Assembly: GCA_963664875.1 (NCBI GenBank)
Contig: OY761611.1
Location: forward strand, 1,728,001-1,792,000
Source of the DNA: Candidatus Kapaibacterium sp.
GTDB lineage: Bacteria; Bacteroidota; Ignavibacteria; Kapaibacteriales; UBA2268
Direction: 5' to 3'
Length of the DNA stretch: 64,000 nucleotides
Of this stretch, positions 29,354 to 39,669 are shown piece by piece; position 1 is the first letter of the stretch; each line of letters opens with the position of its first letter. The notes beneath the pieces were generated by a model that made no database searches, was not told the origin of the DNA, and worked only from the letters and a program-made list of their open reading frames with translations. The translations under genes were made by a program, and so were the position numbers.

Positions 29354-30595
29354 ATGGAAAAAGACAGAATTATACATGATTTTTTAGATGGCTCGCTGTC
29401 TAACGAAAAAGAAGCAGAACTGTTCTATAGTCTATCTTCTGACGATGAATTGCGGATGGAACTGAAAGAACAGCTCGCTATAAAAAATGCTATCAAGGGC
29501 GATTTGAAAGCTAAAACTCCGAAAGTAGCTTCTACTATGGCTATTTTCTCAGAGTTGGGCTTTACTCCTCCTCCTGTGGCAAATATTCCTAACACCGGTT
29601 CTGCTGTTACTTCGCCTCTAAGCAAAGTTGCTGCTGTTTTGTCAAAATATACCGGCTTTATAGCTACAGGTATAACTGCTGCTTTGACTACAGCTGTAGT
29701 TATGCTAATGCTTTTGGAACCTGAGATTTTCTCCAATTCCGATCTCGCTTCTGTGAGCAAGGATAAAATAACTGTAAGCGAGCAAAACGATAATCAAAAT
29801 AATAATAATCAGAACCAAATACCTGTCATTAGCAGCGAAGAGGATACTAAGCAAGAAAGTGTTGCTACTGCCGACAATAAAGAAACTGTTGTTTATAAAT
29901 ATATCTATATTACCAAAGAGAAGCCTGAAGCTAAAGATGTTGCACAGGTAGAATCCATTGTAAAACAGCTGCATCAATCTGAGCCTGCAAGCCGTTCTTT
30001 GCCTTCTGCAATTGAAAGTAAAGTTGTTTTCCCTATTTATCAAAGTCCGGTTTCAAATACTATTGTAGGGGCATATCGGTTTGATAAAACTGAAGAAATA
30101 TCTTCTTCTAATTACGGAATCGTTATAGAGTTTAGATCTGCAAAAGACTGGACTAATTCCAACGGATTGAATCCTGCAAGTTATCAGGACTGGAATAACA
30201 TTTCATTAGGCTTATTCAAATCTGTCAACGAAGAGTTTATGCTTGGTGTGGAATACAGAAGAGAAAATTTCTATCTCGACTTCAAAGGCATTGAAGGCGA
30301 GAACGATATGTATAAATACGAAGTATATCCAAATTTGAGTTCTCTGACAGCAGCTGTGCGTTACTCTCCTGACTTTATGAAATTTTATGATTTGTCTCCG
30401 TTTTTGCAGTTGTCTTTGGGTGCAAACAATGCCGGCCCTATAGGTAGATTCTTTGTAGGAACTGAGTATTCTCCACATCAATCCTATTCTTTAATTTTCG
30501 GAATAGATGGAAGTGCTATGCGTTACAATTTCCAAAATGTAGATTATACTTCGCAGAAATATGGTATTCAATTTGGAGCATCGTTCAAATTCTAA
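29354..30595 (+). CDS. Putative anti-sigma factor: N-terminal ASD, TM helix, disordered linker, C-terminal OM beta-barrel
   Basis: FLDGSLS..E N-terminus, one TM (~aa 100-120), N/Q/E-rich linker, amphipathic strands ending YGIQFGASFKF. Confidence 0.75.
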   Translation: MEKDRIIHDFLDGSLSNEKEAELFYSLSSDDELRMELKEQLAIKNAIKGDLKAKTPKVASTMAIFSELGFTPPPVANIPNTGSAVTSPLSKVAAVLSKYTGFIATGITAALTTAVVMLMLLEPEIFSNSDLASVSKDKITVSEQNDNQNNNNQNQIPVISSEEDTKQESVATADNKETVVYKYIYITKEKPEAKDVAQVESIVKQLHQSEPASRSLPSAIESKVVFPIYQSPVSNTIVGAYRFDKTEEISSSNYGIVIEFRSAKDWTNSNGLNPASYQDWNNISLGLFKSVNEEFMLGVEYRRENFYLDFKGIEGENDMYKYEVYPNLSSLTAAVRYSPDFMKFYDLSPFLQLSLGANNAGPIGRFFVGTEYSPHQSYSLIFGIDGSAMRYNFQNVDYTSQKYGIQFGASFKF

Positions 30596-31302
30596 TGAAA
30601 AAGGTACGCTACATATTGCTTTTCAGTCTGTGGATGATTTTCCTTGTTGCCTGTGATAGCCCGACAGAGTTGGATGAAAACGTCAAGAAGACATCCATAG
30701 AAAAAAATCTTACAGAATCATCGGGTTTGCTAATTGAAAATGACAGTATAATTTCGCCGCCCGTAAATGGCAAAATTGTATTTGATACCACAAATCTTAA
30801 AGGTTCCAGTGGCATTATAGAAACATATAATTACTATGGCGACTATTATATGTGGGAACGAAAAGTTTTTTGGTTTGATGCTTTCAAAATTGAAATAGAC
30901 ACCGCAACACAAAAAATATCTTTTAATATAGACATAAAAACAAACGATTTGCAGAAATACAGCTTTTCACCATCTGACAGAATAGGCAAATTCCAAATAC
31001 AAATCGAGGATTTGGATTACTCAGAACCTCAAACTGATTTACCACTAAACTCTGCACTTGGTGAGAGCTTATGGTCATTATATACGGTCAGATCGGTCAA
31101 TGCACAGCCGGGTGAGGGGCATATAAAAATATACGAAGGCAAATCTTCATTGGCGTTCCTGAGCCTAATTCCACGTAAAAAGAAGGACAGTCAGGAAATC
31201 GCAGGGCTTTCAATCATGTTTGTACTCAATGCAGAGCAAATTAGCCTATCTTATCCGGGACTTTATTTCAACTTAGTTTACCAATTAGAGCTGTATCTTT
31301 AA
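30595..31302 (+). CDS. Hypothetical lipoprotein
   Basis: Lipobox LVAC; TAATG overlap with the upstream gene. Confidence 0.75.
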   Translation: MKKVRYILLFSLWMIFLVACDSPTELDENVKKTSIEKNLTESSGLLIENDSIISPPVNGKIVFDTTNLKGSSGIIETYNYYGDYYMWERKVFWFDAFKIEIDTATQKISFNIDIKTNDLQKYSFSPSDRIGKFQIQIEDLDYSEPQTDLPLNSALGESLWSLYTVRSVNAQPGEGHIKIYEGKSSLAFLSLIPRKKKDSQEIAGLSIMFVLNAEQISLSYPGLYFNLVYQLELYL

Positions 31303-31349
31303 CACAAAACACATATAACATTAGCATTTGATAATACCGAAATTCTTTC

Positions 31350-31380
31350 TTGCTTTTAGAACTACGAATAGCTATATTTG
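31350..31380 (+). promoter_or_regulatory. Housekeeping promoter of tRNA-Met
   Basis: TTGCTT-N17-TATATT(TG), which also matches the Bacteroidota TAnnTTTG element. Confidence 0.65.
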
Positions 31381-31394
31381 TATCACATAATCAC

Positions 31395-31467
<73 letters not shown>

Positions 31468-31475
31468 CAAAAATC

Positions 31476-31508
31476 AAAGCAGTATTTTTTAAAAGTACTG
31501 CTTTTTTT
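31476..31508 (+). terminator. tRNA terminator
   Basis: AAAGCAGTATTTT-TT-AAAAGTACTGCTTTTTTT. Confidence 0.85.
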
Positions 31509-31660
31509 GTTGACTGCTCTTATTATTTCTACTTTTATAAATACTACTATTTTACACGCCCCTCACAAATAGATTTCCAAAACATTTTAAGATGTTGTAA
31601 ACAATAAAGTTTTCACTCCTCCCCCACACATACCTAAGCCACCTCAAATCACTACTGATC

Positions 31661-32683
31661 TTAAGATGAAAATGCTAACTTTAGTTGCAAAGAAAAATAT
31701 TGATGATTCCAGTTTGTTCCATCTATTATGCTATTAAAAGGCAGATGATACAGCAAATTTAGGTTCGCAAAGACAGGCTTTGCTATTATATTAATCCCAA
31801 ATCCAAAGACATAATGCGAACGAATCCGATTTACCTCTGAGATATTTTGGTCTTCTATGAGGTATTTTCTGTCATTACCATTTTCATATCTTATTCTTGT
31901 GTCTTCCGATACCAGTTGGTAGAATTGGCTTGCTTTACTGTGAAAAGCATATTGCCCCTGCAAACCAAGCAAAAAATAATAGTATGTAGCTGCTGCTGTA
32001 CCCCCCGGAGACACTGCCATTCCCCAAATAGGTAATTCAGCCATAAAGCGTGCATTGAATAAATATTCTTTTAGCTCAATAATATTTGCTTCCTTCACGG
32101 TACGAGTTATGCCTTCGTGATCCACAAAACGTTTATCTTCATTGATTGAGTATAGCACAGAGTTTACATCTATAATCCCCAAGTCCAATTGCAAAGGAAA
32201 CATATAAGGAGTAGTATATATTGATGAAAAACCAATTTCGAAAAATGAAGATGAAATTGGAGATTCTGTTTTGTTTTCTATAAAACCGCTATTTACTTTA
32301 AGCATATCATCTTCTAAATTGGTAGAACCATTGAAAGGATATTTTGCTTTAAAAAAGCCTGATGGAATAACATTTTCTGCATGATTAAATGCACCGATAT
32401 TTGAATTGAAATAGAATCCTTTAAAAGTTTCAGCTTTATCTATGTGAGGAAAAAAACTAAAATAATCTTTCGGATTCCACTCGTCGAAAGTTAGAGTGTC
32501 TATGTCTAAATTGTCAAGATTAAGCGAATCGGCTATCCATGAATTATCTTCCTGCAGAGAATCCGGAATTTGAATATCCATATCTAATGAATCAATTGAA
32601 TTTACAGGCATAGATTCATCAGCGTATGATAGCAACCAACAAAATGCACTACTCAATAAGGCTATCAAAATCATTGTCCTCAT
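31661..32683 (-). CDS. Hypothetical outer-membrane beta-barrel-like protein
   Basis: Signal peptide, acidic D-S/T-rich linker, amphipathic strands, ends FSLQLKLAFSS. Confidence 0.65.
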   Translation of the reverse strand: MRTMILIALLSSAFCWLLSYADESMPVNSIDSLDMDIQIPDSLQEDNSWIADSLNLDNLDIDTLTFDEWNPKDYFSFFPHIDKAETFKGFYFNSNIGAFNHAENVIPSGFFKAKYPFNGSTNLEDDMLKVNSGFIENKTESPISSSFFEIGFSSIYTTPYMFPLQLDLGIIDVNSVLYSINEDKRFVDHEGITRTVKEANIIELKEYLFNARFMAELPIWGMAVSPGGTAAATYYYFLLGLQGQYAFHSKASQFYQLVSEDTRIRYENGNDRKYLIEDQNISEVNRIRSHYVFGFGINIIAKPVFANLNLLYHLPFNSIIDGTNWNHQYFSLQLKLAFSS

Positions 32684-33399
32684 TTAATCACCATAAATGT
32701 TTTTGATACCTCTCCGTGATTAGTTACTAATCTTAGCTTGTAAGCACCGGCAGGCAGATTTTTGTCAAGTTTAATCATAAGCTTGTTGTCTCCTTTCGGG
32801 AAAACCTGACTATCCATCTCGTAGGTTCTGCCATCGTATGCTGTCAGATGTACTTTGATGTCTGACTCTCTATCGGTAACAAACTCGCAATATAAATTTT
32901 CCCCGGTATAAATAGGACTTGGGTAAAGAGCGTTCATTTTCGCAAAACGAATATAAATAATTGGTACACTTTCGTATTTAATCTTGATAACATAATTACT
33001 TTCAATATTAAAACTATCGAGTACGCTTTTTGCTTTTCCTACCACTTTAACATTACAAATGGAATCTGCACCGGCAAGGACAATACATTTAATAAATAAA
33101 TCTATATCTTCACTAAGATTGACATCTTGTGCGTCCAACTGATAAATATCATAAGAAGTTCGACTTACTTTTGTATCTATCTGATTAGAATCAGACTTGC
33201 AGATAGAATGCGGTTTCAACAATGTGGATTCTGAATTTTCCAATTCAAAAGACATATCGTATTTCGAATCGACTGCTTGACTTAGTTCGATTGGTATTCT
33301 GAGGTAAATAACATCTCCGGACTCTGCCGACAATGTATCAGCTGCTTTAAGATTGGGGGTCAGCAACAGTATTAACAATATAAATATTATCTTATTCAT
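32680..33399 (-). CDS. Small T9SS-CTD protein with cohesin-like domain
   Basis: Signal peptide; LYPSPI...YDGR...LPAGAYKLRL...KTFMVIK CTD pattern. Confidence 0.75.
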   Translation of the reverse strand: MNKIIFILLILLLTPNLKAADTLSAESGDVIYLRIPIELSQAVDSKYDMSFELENSESTLLKPHSICKSDSNQIDTKVSRTSYDIYQLDAQDVNLSEDIDLFIKCIVLAGADSICNVKVVGKAKSVLDSFNIESNYVIKIKYESVPIIYIRFAKMNALYPSPIYTGENLYCEFVTDRESDIKVHLTAYDGRTYEMDSQVFPKGDNKLMIKLDKNLPAGAYKLRLVTNHGEVSKTFMVIK

Positions 33400-35164
33400 T
33401 TTCGAGCACCACAAATTCTGTTCTTCTGTTGAGTTTTCTGTTTTTATTCGAATCATTTGGTACTAAAGGCTGCGATTCTCCAAAACCTTTTGTAAATAGT
33501 CTGTTTTGTTCAATACCCAGACTTATTAGAACATCTCGAACTGATTTTGCCCTTTCCTTTGAAAGGATTAGGTTATCTTCTTCTGCACCAACATCGTCAG
33601 TATGGCCATGTATTGCTATTTTTATCCCCGGGTTGTTACGCATTACTTCGTAAACTTGAATGATATATTCGCGGGAAGATTCTGAAAGTTTAGCACTTCC
33701 GGTTTCAAATTCTATATTCAACATAGCAGTTGTACCTGCAGCATCAAATTGAGTAATTATGGATTTATCATAATATATCGTATCAGAAGCATTTATAGAA
33801 GTTATATTAGGAAGCTGCACATTTAAGTTCACTCTGTGAATACCTGCGCATTTTGGAGGCTCATATCTCACAAGATAGTAATTATTTAGTGAGTAGTAAA
33901 TATCTCTAAACACGAACGGAAACTCTTTTATCGAAAAAATCTTATAATAAGTGCCACCTGTATAAACTGAAACATCACGCAAAAGCTGATTGTCATAGTC
34001 AAAATCTATTGATATGATTGAAACTTTGTGCTTTTTGCATTCTTTTATAGCGGAATCCAATATTGACTTATTAGAATTATCAGCTCCGTCCGAAAGCAAA
34101 ATCAAGCTTCTTTTATATCCTGCGGGAGCTTTTGCCAACTCATCAATCCCTACATTCAAAGCATCATAAATACGAGTGCCTCCGCCCACATCAGGCTTTT
34201 CTTTCAGCTCATTTTTAAATTTAGTTACGTAGTATTTTTTATCATTACTCAAAGGTATCTGAACAAAAGATTTGCCTGCAAACTTAACTACAGAGACATA
34301 ATCCTGCCTTTTCAACGCAGTAAGTATTCTAGCTAATGCCTGATTCAATAAGTAAATTTTGCCTTCGCCCATAGAACCGGAATGATCTAAAACAAAAGCT
34401 ATCGCATTTTGGACATCTGACTTTTCACTAATCTCTTCCACAAAAAAGTCGGTAATTTTATGTACTCCGCCGCAGCTATCCTGCAGCAGGTGCCAATAGT
34501 CCTGCCACTTCCCTTTGCCTTTGAAGTTAGGAGGAGCAAGACCGGCGATGCTTCTACCGGCAGTATCCTTTACACTTAATCGGAGCTCAATCGAATTTGG
34601 ATAATCATCAGTGTGAATGGAGTTGATTTTCATAACCCATGGCAAAACAGTCTCATTACTTTGCTTATTAATTGTATTATTTACTGAAGAATTAGATTCA
34701 ATACTCAGCTGTGAAGAAGTTTTGTTCTGCACAGAATCATTATCCATTCTATGATTTCCGGGCAAGTAGGCAGCAGTTCCTCTTAGGCTATCTGTAGTTC
34801 TTTCGTTACTTATGTTTGTATCAAGATTACTGTCATATAAGCCACGCATTTTCCCGGAATTACGAACTATATTTGCAATATTGGGTTCTTCCTGAGAAGC
34901 TCCGAAATTGTTTAGGGTATCTAAGTTTTTGCAATTGTTTCTTTGCTCACTCGAATCATCTTCTACAAGTAACTCTAACCTATCCAAAGATATTTTATCA
35001 GATGAATTTTGGGAGTAATCCGGCTTTCTTTCATTTAGCTCCTTAGCCCTCTCAGCATCTTCCTGTATAGCCTTATAAGCTATATGCGGACAAGCAGTTA
35101 TGAATAAGCATGTTGCAATCAGCATAAAGAATAAACCAACTTTATTATATTTCTCTATATTCAT
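33392..35164 (-). CDS. Lipoprotein with VWA domain and C-terminal OmpA peptidoglycan-binding domain
   Basis: Lipobox ITAC, MIDAS DHSGS, GGT, LLSDG; IEFETGSA...GHTDDVG...LSKERA...NRRTEF. Confidence 0.9.
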   Translation of the reverse strand: MNIEKYNKVGLFFMLIATCLFITACPHIAYKAIQEDAERAKELNERKPDYSQNSSDKISLDRLELLVEDDSSEQRNNCKNLDTLNNFGASQEEPNIANIVRNSGKMRGLYDSNLDTNISNERTTDSLRGTAAYLPGNHRMDNDSVQNKTSSQLSIESNSSVNNTINKQSNETVLPWVMKINSIHTDDYPNSIELRLSVKDTAGRSIAGLAPPNFKGKGKWQDYWHLLQDSCGGVHKITDFFVEEISEKSDVQNAIAFVLDHSGSMGEGKIYLLNQALARILTALKRQDYVSVVKFAGKSFVQIPLSNDKKYYVTKFKNELKEKPDVGGGTRIYDALNVGIDELAKAPAGYKRSLILLSDGADNSNKSILDSAIKECKKHKVSIISIDFDYDNQLLRDVSVYTGGTYYKIFSIKEFPFVFRDIYYSLNNYYLVRYEPPKCAGIHRVNLNVQLPNITSINASDTIYYDKSIITQFDAAGTTAMLNIEFETGSAKLSESSREYIIQVYEVMRNNPGIKIAIHGHTDDVGAEEDNLILSKERAKSVRDVLISLGIEQNRLFTKGFGESQPLVPNDSNKNRKLNRRTEFVVLENE

Positions 35165-35397
35165 TAAGTTATTCGGTTATTTATTACTATAATATTCACA
35201 ATATAACGATTATTTATCGAAATAGTTCAATTTTGGGAATTATTTCAAGTTTATACCTAACTATTTTCAATAATTCAAACATTGCCTGTTACATTTAGCT
35301 CAATCAACTGTTTATACTAAGATATGCAAGAATAAAGTTGTATATATTAAATATCTTTATATATTGCAGTTACAGCATAATTTCGTGAGATTAGCCT

Positions 35398-38300
35398 ATG
35401 AAATATATATACACTCTTTTGATAATATCATTTTTATCTTTCAGTGCTTTACAAGCCGATTACTGGGAAGAAGTGACTGATATTACTCCATCATCTTTTA
35501 TTGATTCTTATTGGCTTGATATTTATTTCCTGCCTTCAAATCTAAATTATGGTTGGGTTTGTGGACGAGATGCACGAGTTCTACGCACTACTGACCGCGG
35601 GAAAACATGGCGTGGAGTTACACTCCCATCTACTGAGCATCTTGAAAGTATTCATTTTACAACTCAAAATATTGGATATGTCTCCGGCGTTGATGGTATT
35701 TGGAAATCTGAAGATGGCGGGATTAACTGGACTGACATAACCCCTTCGGACACAGTTAGTTATTGGGGTTGCTATTTTTGGGACTCAAACACCGGCGTAG
35801 TTGTAGGTGACGGCTGCTCGCTTTACCACCAATATTTCTGGCATACTACTGATGGTGGAAACTCGTGGACACAATTTGAAGGGAATCAGGAAAATAGCGG
35901 ACTCACTGACGCACTTATCGTAAACCCTAATACTGAAGCCTATGCTATTAGCAGCGGCAGATTATGGATTAGCTACGACGGTGGCAGAAACTGGGAAGTC
36001 AAAGATACTACAGGCACTACAGTCTGGCACGAAGAAATTACAAAATTCTCGAATTCATTCCTGATACCAACTTCAGGCACTACTTGTTCTGGTGGAGGTT
36101 CCGTAGGCGGTATGCGATTTTCCACAAATGGTGGTGCTACATGGACAGACAGATCTGCACCTCGAGGTCCAATGTACGGCACGTTTCTTATTAATCAGGC
36201 GAAAGGCTGGGCTTGTGGACTATATGGACAAGTACTATATACAGACGACGCCGGGCAAAGCTGGAAAGAAATGAGCTGTGGTCTTGACAACTCACATCTT
36301 GATGACATTAGATTTTTGTCTGAAACAGAAGGCTGGGTAGTTGGTCAGGGACTATATAGGCTTGGGAAGAACACATACGAAGTTTCTGAAGATCCTGTTA
36401 TATTTCCGGATATGTGCCTGCCCGGATATAAAGATCACACGATTTACATCAGCAATAAATCTTTCGAATCCAATATTGTTAGCCTAAATATTATTGGACT
36501 CGACAAAGACGATTTCACATTGATGATGCCTAAAACTACAATAAATATGGCAAGCTGTGATGATATTCCTGTAGTAATTCGATTTGAACCCAACACATTG
36601 GGCGAAAAAAATGCGATACTGCATTGCGAGTTCACAGGAGTAGTTACGCGTGACATCCCTTTAAATGGATTTGCATTAGAGCCTTCCTTGATAATGGATA
36701 GCACTACAATCGTTATCAATCCTGCATACTGTGGACTGATGAACAGTCGATATATAGAACTCGGCTCTCTAACTAAAAAAGATACGATAGATTCCTATAA
36801 CAAGAAAAACGGCTCCAATGATATAAAAATATTAAGTTCGATGCCCCTTGGAGTTACGGTAGGTTCTACTTTTGCAGTGGAGGCTACCCCTAAAGACACA
36901 GGCTGGGTAGAAGCCCAGTACCTGCTCCACCTAAAGCCGTGCGAAAACGACACAGTAATTACAGTCAGAGCCTATGGAGTGTCTCCAATTATCAATGCTC
37001 CGCTTCAGATCCAACAAGTGCTTGCCTGCACAAATAAGGGAGAGATACTTATACCGATAAGCAATACAGGAAATACTGAACTTTATCTTCCAAATCTGGA
37101 CTTTATAGAAGACAACGCGAACTTCAAATTTAAGGGTACAAAAAGTAAAAAATCCTTTCCGCTTTCAATAGCCCAAGGGAGTTCTGATACCTTAATAGTA
37201 GAGTTGCTTCCGCAGGATTTCGGGATACATGAAGAAACATTATATATCTACAATAATGATTCTACGAAGGTACGAGGCAATAAAAATCCATTTATAATAG
37301 AGCTTCGTTATGAATATTCCACTCCGCTACCGGAAATTTCCACCGAAAAAATAGATTTTGGCAGAATTTGCTTAGGGGAGTCTCAACTACAGAGCTTTAA
37401 GTTCTTTAATAAAGGAAGTATAGAACTTACACTAACTAATATACTTGCAGAACTAAATCTCTTTGGAATTGATTCCGAAAAATACTCAAATAGAACTATA
37501 CATCCGCTCGACTCTTTAGAGATAGATATCAACTTTTTGGCTACTGAGATTGGTAAGAAATATGATACTTTAAAGATAGTTACCAATCCTTGCGAAGATA
37601 CTCTATTTGTTGTACTAACATCCCAAGTAGAAACTGCAGCAATCAGAGCTACTCCTGAAGATGTGTTACTCAACCTACAAACAGGAGAAAGTGAAGAAGC
37701 ATCGTTGAATCTGAAATCATACTCTACCATAGATTTGAATATTACCAATATATCATTAGTTCCTGAAAATCCTGATTTACTTGTTCAATTCGCAGATACT
37801 TTTCCGTTAGAACTAAAGTCAGGAAAATCTCTTGATTTGCTTTATTCAATTATTGCGTCAAAAGATTTAAGCTATTCCGGTAGCTTATGTATTGAAACTG
37901 ACGGTTTTTGCGATGCAGATACATGTATTCCGTTTACAATTGAAAGTTTTTCCGGAAAAATTGAGCTTTCAGCAAATGATATAAATTTCGGTTATTTTAC
38001 TTGCGAACCTCAAACAATAACAAAATCTATTACTATCACTAATAGTAGCGATTACGCTGATACTCTAACTAAAATTACAATAAATCCTACCGGAGATTTT
38101 GCAATAACCAACTTGCCTTCTTTGCCTCTGCTAATGAAGTCCGGAGATGAATTGACATTAGATATCAGTTACGTAATACAAAATGAAGGTAAGTTTTCCG
38201 CCGAGTTGCTAATATCATCCTATCTCATGCAAGGTAGAGATATAAAAGTTCCCTTAGATATTGAGTTTAGAACGCCAAAAATTTCTGTATCAGCATTATC

Positions 38301-39612
38301 TGCAGATTTTGGTACAAAAGAACGCTGCGACATCGCAACAAGTTTTAGCTTCAGCATCGCAAATAGTGGGACTTTGGCAGATACTTTGGAGTATAGTGAT
38401 AATAGTATTGCAGGATTTTCGAATACTTTAAATGATAATCTTATCATTCTTCCAAATACTGATACTACTATCACAATTACATTTGACCCGACACAAACTC
38501 AAGGCTTGGGCAATAAATCATACAAAATTACCTTAAGAAGTGAAGTCTGCGATTTTGAATTTACACATACATCATCGGCTGATATTATAGCTCCAAGAGT
38601 TTCATTTTTACCTACAACAGTCAATCTGGGACAGGTTTGGAAAGATTTCTCCAAGGATACGGTAATAGTGATTTTTAACAACTCACAAGTAGAAAGAACC
38701 ATAAGTCATATAGAGTTTATGCCGGAAGTACCGGGATTAGAATTTGATTTTGACCTGCCTAAAGCAATCCCTGTAGGACTCACAGATACAATATATATCA
38801 ACTTCAAAGCCACAGAGAAAGGCAACTTCTCAACTAAGCTATTTATTGAAGATAGGTCTGTATGTATTGATTCTACTTATTTGGACTTTGTTGTTTCTGT
38901 GCCTGATGAATATTACAAAGTAGATTTAAGAACCAATAATTACATTTTCGATATTCACGAAAAAGGAACCTTAGAAGTATTTCTCGACAATCCTGTTTTC
39001 AAATTTAATCCCGAAAATATTACTCTTGACCTGAATTATGATATTAATCTATTTAATCCTGAAAAAGCATATCTGCACAACAAAGGAGTGAAAACTGAAA
39101 TCGAATTTCAGCCCATTTCCAATGGTGTAAGTATCACAAGCAATAGTGTAAGCATAGACAGCTTATTCACAGAAGCAGGACTCATACTTTCGGTAGAAGG
39201 CAAACCTCTTGCCTCTTTCCCACAATCCAGTGGACTTTTGATTTCTGAAGTTCATTTTGGTACGAATAAACCTTTTGATTTGGAAACGAAAAATGGTAGC
39301 ATACAGGTTGAAGGTTACTGCGAAGCTGTGATAAACGATGGTCTAATGATGCTACCAAATATGCAGGCAAGGCTCATAAACAGCATAAACTCAGATAATA
39401 TTGTTTTAGAATTGGAAAGCGATTTGCCTCAACTGGCAGATATTTCAATAATAGATTTGAGTGGCAGTGAAACTAAAGCTAAAATATTCGTAGATAAGAA
39501 AGCAGAATATCAGATTAGCACTGCCACTTTCTCTCAGGGAGTATATTTCATTGTGTTAAAAACAGAATGGGGCAAGCGGGTCGTAACTTCAAAATTTTTA
39601 ATTTTGAAATAA
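35398..39612 (+). CDS. Large T9SS-secreted protein: YCF48/BNR beta-propeller + ASH repeats + cohesin-like + CTD
   Basis: Repeated T/S-x-DGG-x-x-W Asp boxes, DFGxxC...N.G repeats, C-terminal SQGVYFIVL...KFLILK. Confidence 0.87.
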   Translation: MKYIYTLLIISFLSFSALQADYWEEVTDITPSSFIDSYWLDIYFLPSNLNYGWVCGRDARVLRTTDRGKTWRGVTLPSTEHLESIHFTTQNIGYVSGVDGIWKSEDGGINWTDITPSDTVSYWGCYFWDSNTGVVVGDGCSLYHQYFWHTTDGGNSWTQFEGNQENSGLTDALIVNPNTEAYAISSGRLWISYDGGRNWEVKDTTGTTVWHEEITKFSNSFLIPTSGTTCSGGGSVGGMRFSTNGGATWTDRSAPRGPMYGTFLINQAKGWACGLYGQVLYTDDAGQSWKEMSCGLDNSHLDDIRFLSETEGWVVGQGLYRLGKNTYEVSEDPVIFPDMCLPGYKDHTIYISNKSFESNIVSLNIIGLDKDDFTLMMPKTTINMASCDDIPVVIRFEPNTLGEKNAILHCEFTGVVTRDIPLNGFALEPSLIMDSTTIVINPAYCGLMNSRYIELGSLTKKDTIDSYNKKNGSNDIKILSSMPLGVTVGSTFAVEATPKDTGWVEAQYLLHLKPCENDTVITVRAYGVSPIINAPLQIQQVLACTNKGEILIPISNTGNTELYLPNLDFIEDNANFKFKGTKSKKSFPLSIAQGSSDTLIVELLPQDFGIHEETLYIYNNDSTKVRGNKNPFIIELRYEYSTPLPEISTEKIDFGRICLGESQLQSFKFFNKGSIELTLTNILAELNLFGIDSEKYSNRTIHPLDSLEIDINFLATEIGKKYDTLKIVTNPCEDTLFVVLTSQVETAAIRATPEDVLLNLQTGESEEASLNLKSYSTIDLNITNISLVPENPDLLVQFADTFPLELKSGKSLDLLYSIIASKDLSYSGSLCIETDGFCDADTCIPFTIESFSGKIELSANDINFGYFTCEPQTITKSITITNSSDYADTLTKITINPTGDFAITNLPSLPLLMKSGDELTLDISYVIQNEGKFSAELLISSYLMQGRDIKVPLDIEFRTPKISVSALSADFGTKERCDIATSFSFSIANSGTLADTLEYSDNSIAGFSNTLNDNLIILPNTDTTITITFDPTQTQGLGNKSYKITLRSEVCDFEFTHTSSADIIAPRVSFLPTTVNLGQVWKDFSKDTVIVIFNNSQVERTISHIEFMPEVPGLEFDFDLPKAIPVGLTDTIYINFKATEKGNFSTKLFIEDRSVCIDSTYLDFVVSVPDEYYKVDLRTNNYIFDIHEKGTLEVFLDNPVFKFNPENITLDLNYDINLFNPEKAYLHNKGVKTEIEFQPISNGVSITSNSVSIDSLFTEAGLILSVEGKPLASFPQSSGLLISEVHFGTNKPFDLETKNGSIQVEGYCEAVINDGLMMLPNMQARLINSINSDNIVLELESDLPQLADISIIDLSGSETKAKIFVDKKAEYQISTATFSQGVYFIVLKTEWGKRVVTSKFLILK

Positions 39613-39669
39613 AGCCTGCGGATATTCGATTTACGCTTTATGTGTTGAACCCATTATAGAAGGCTGAAA

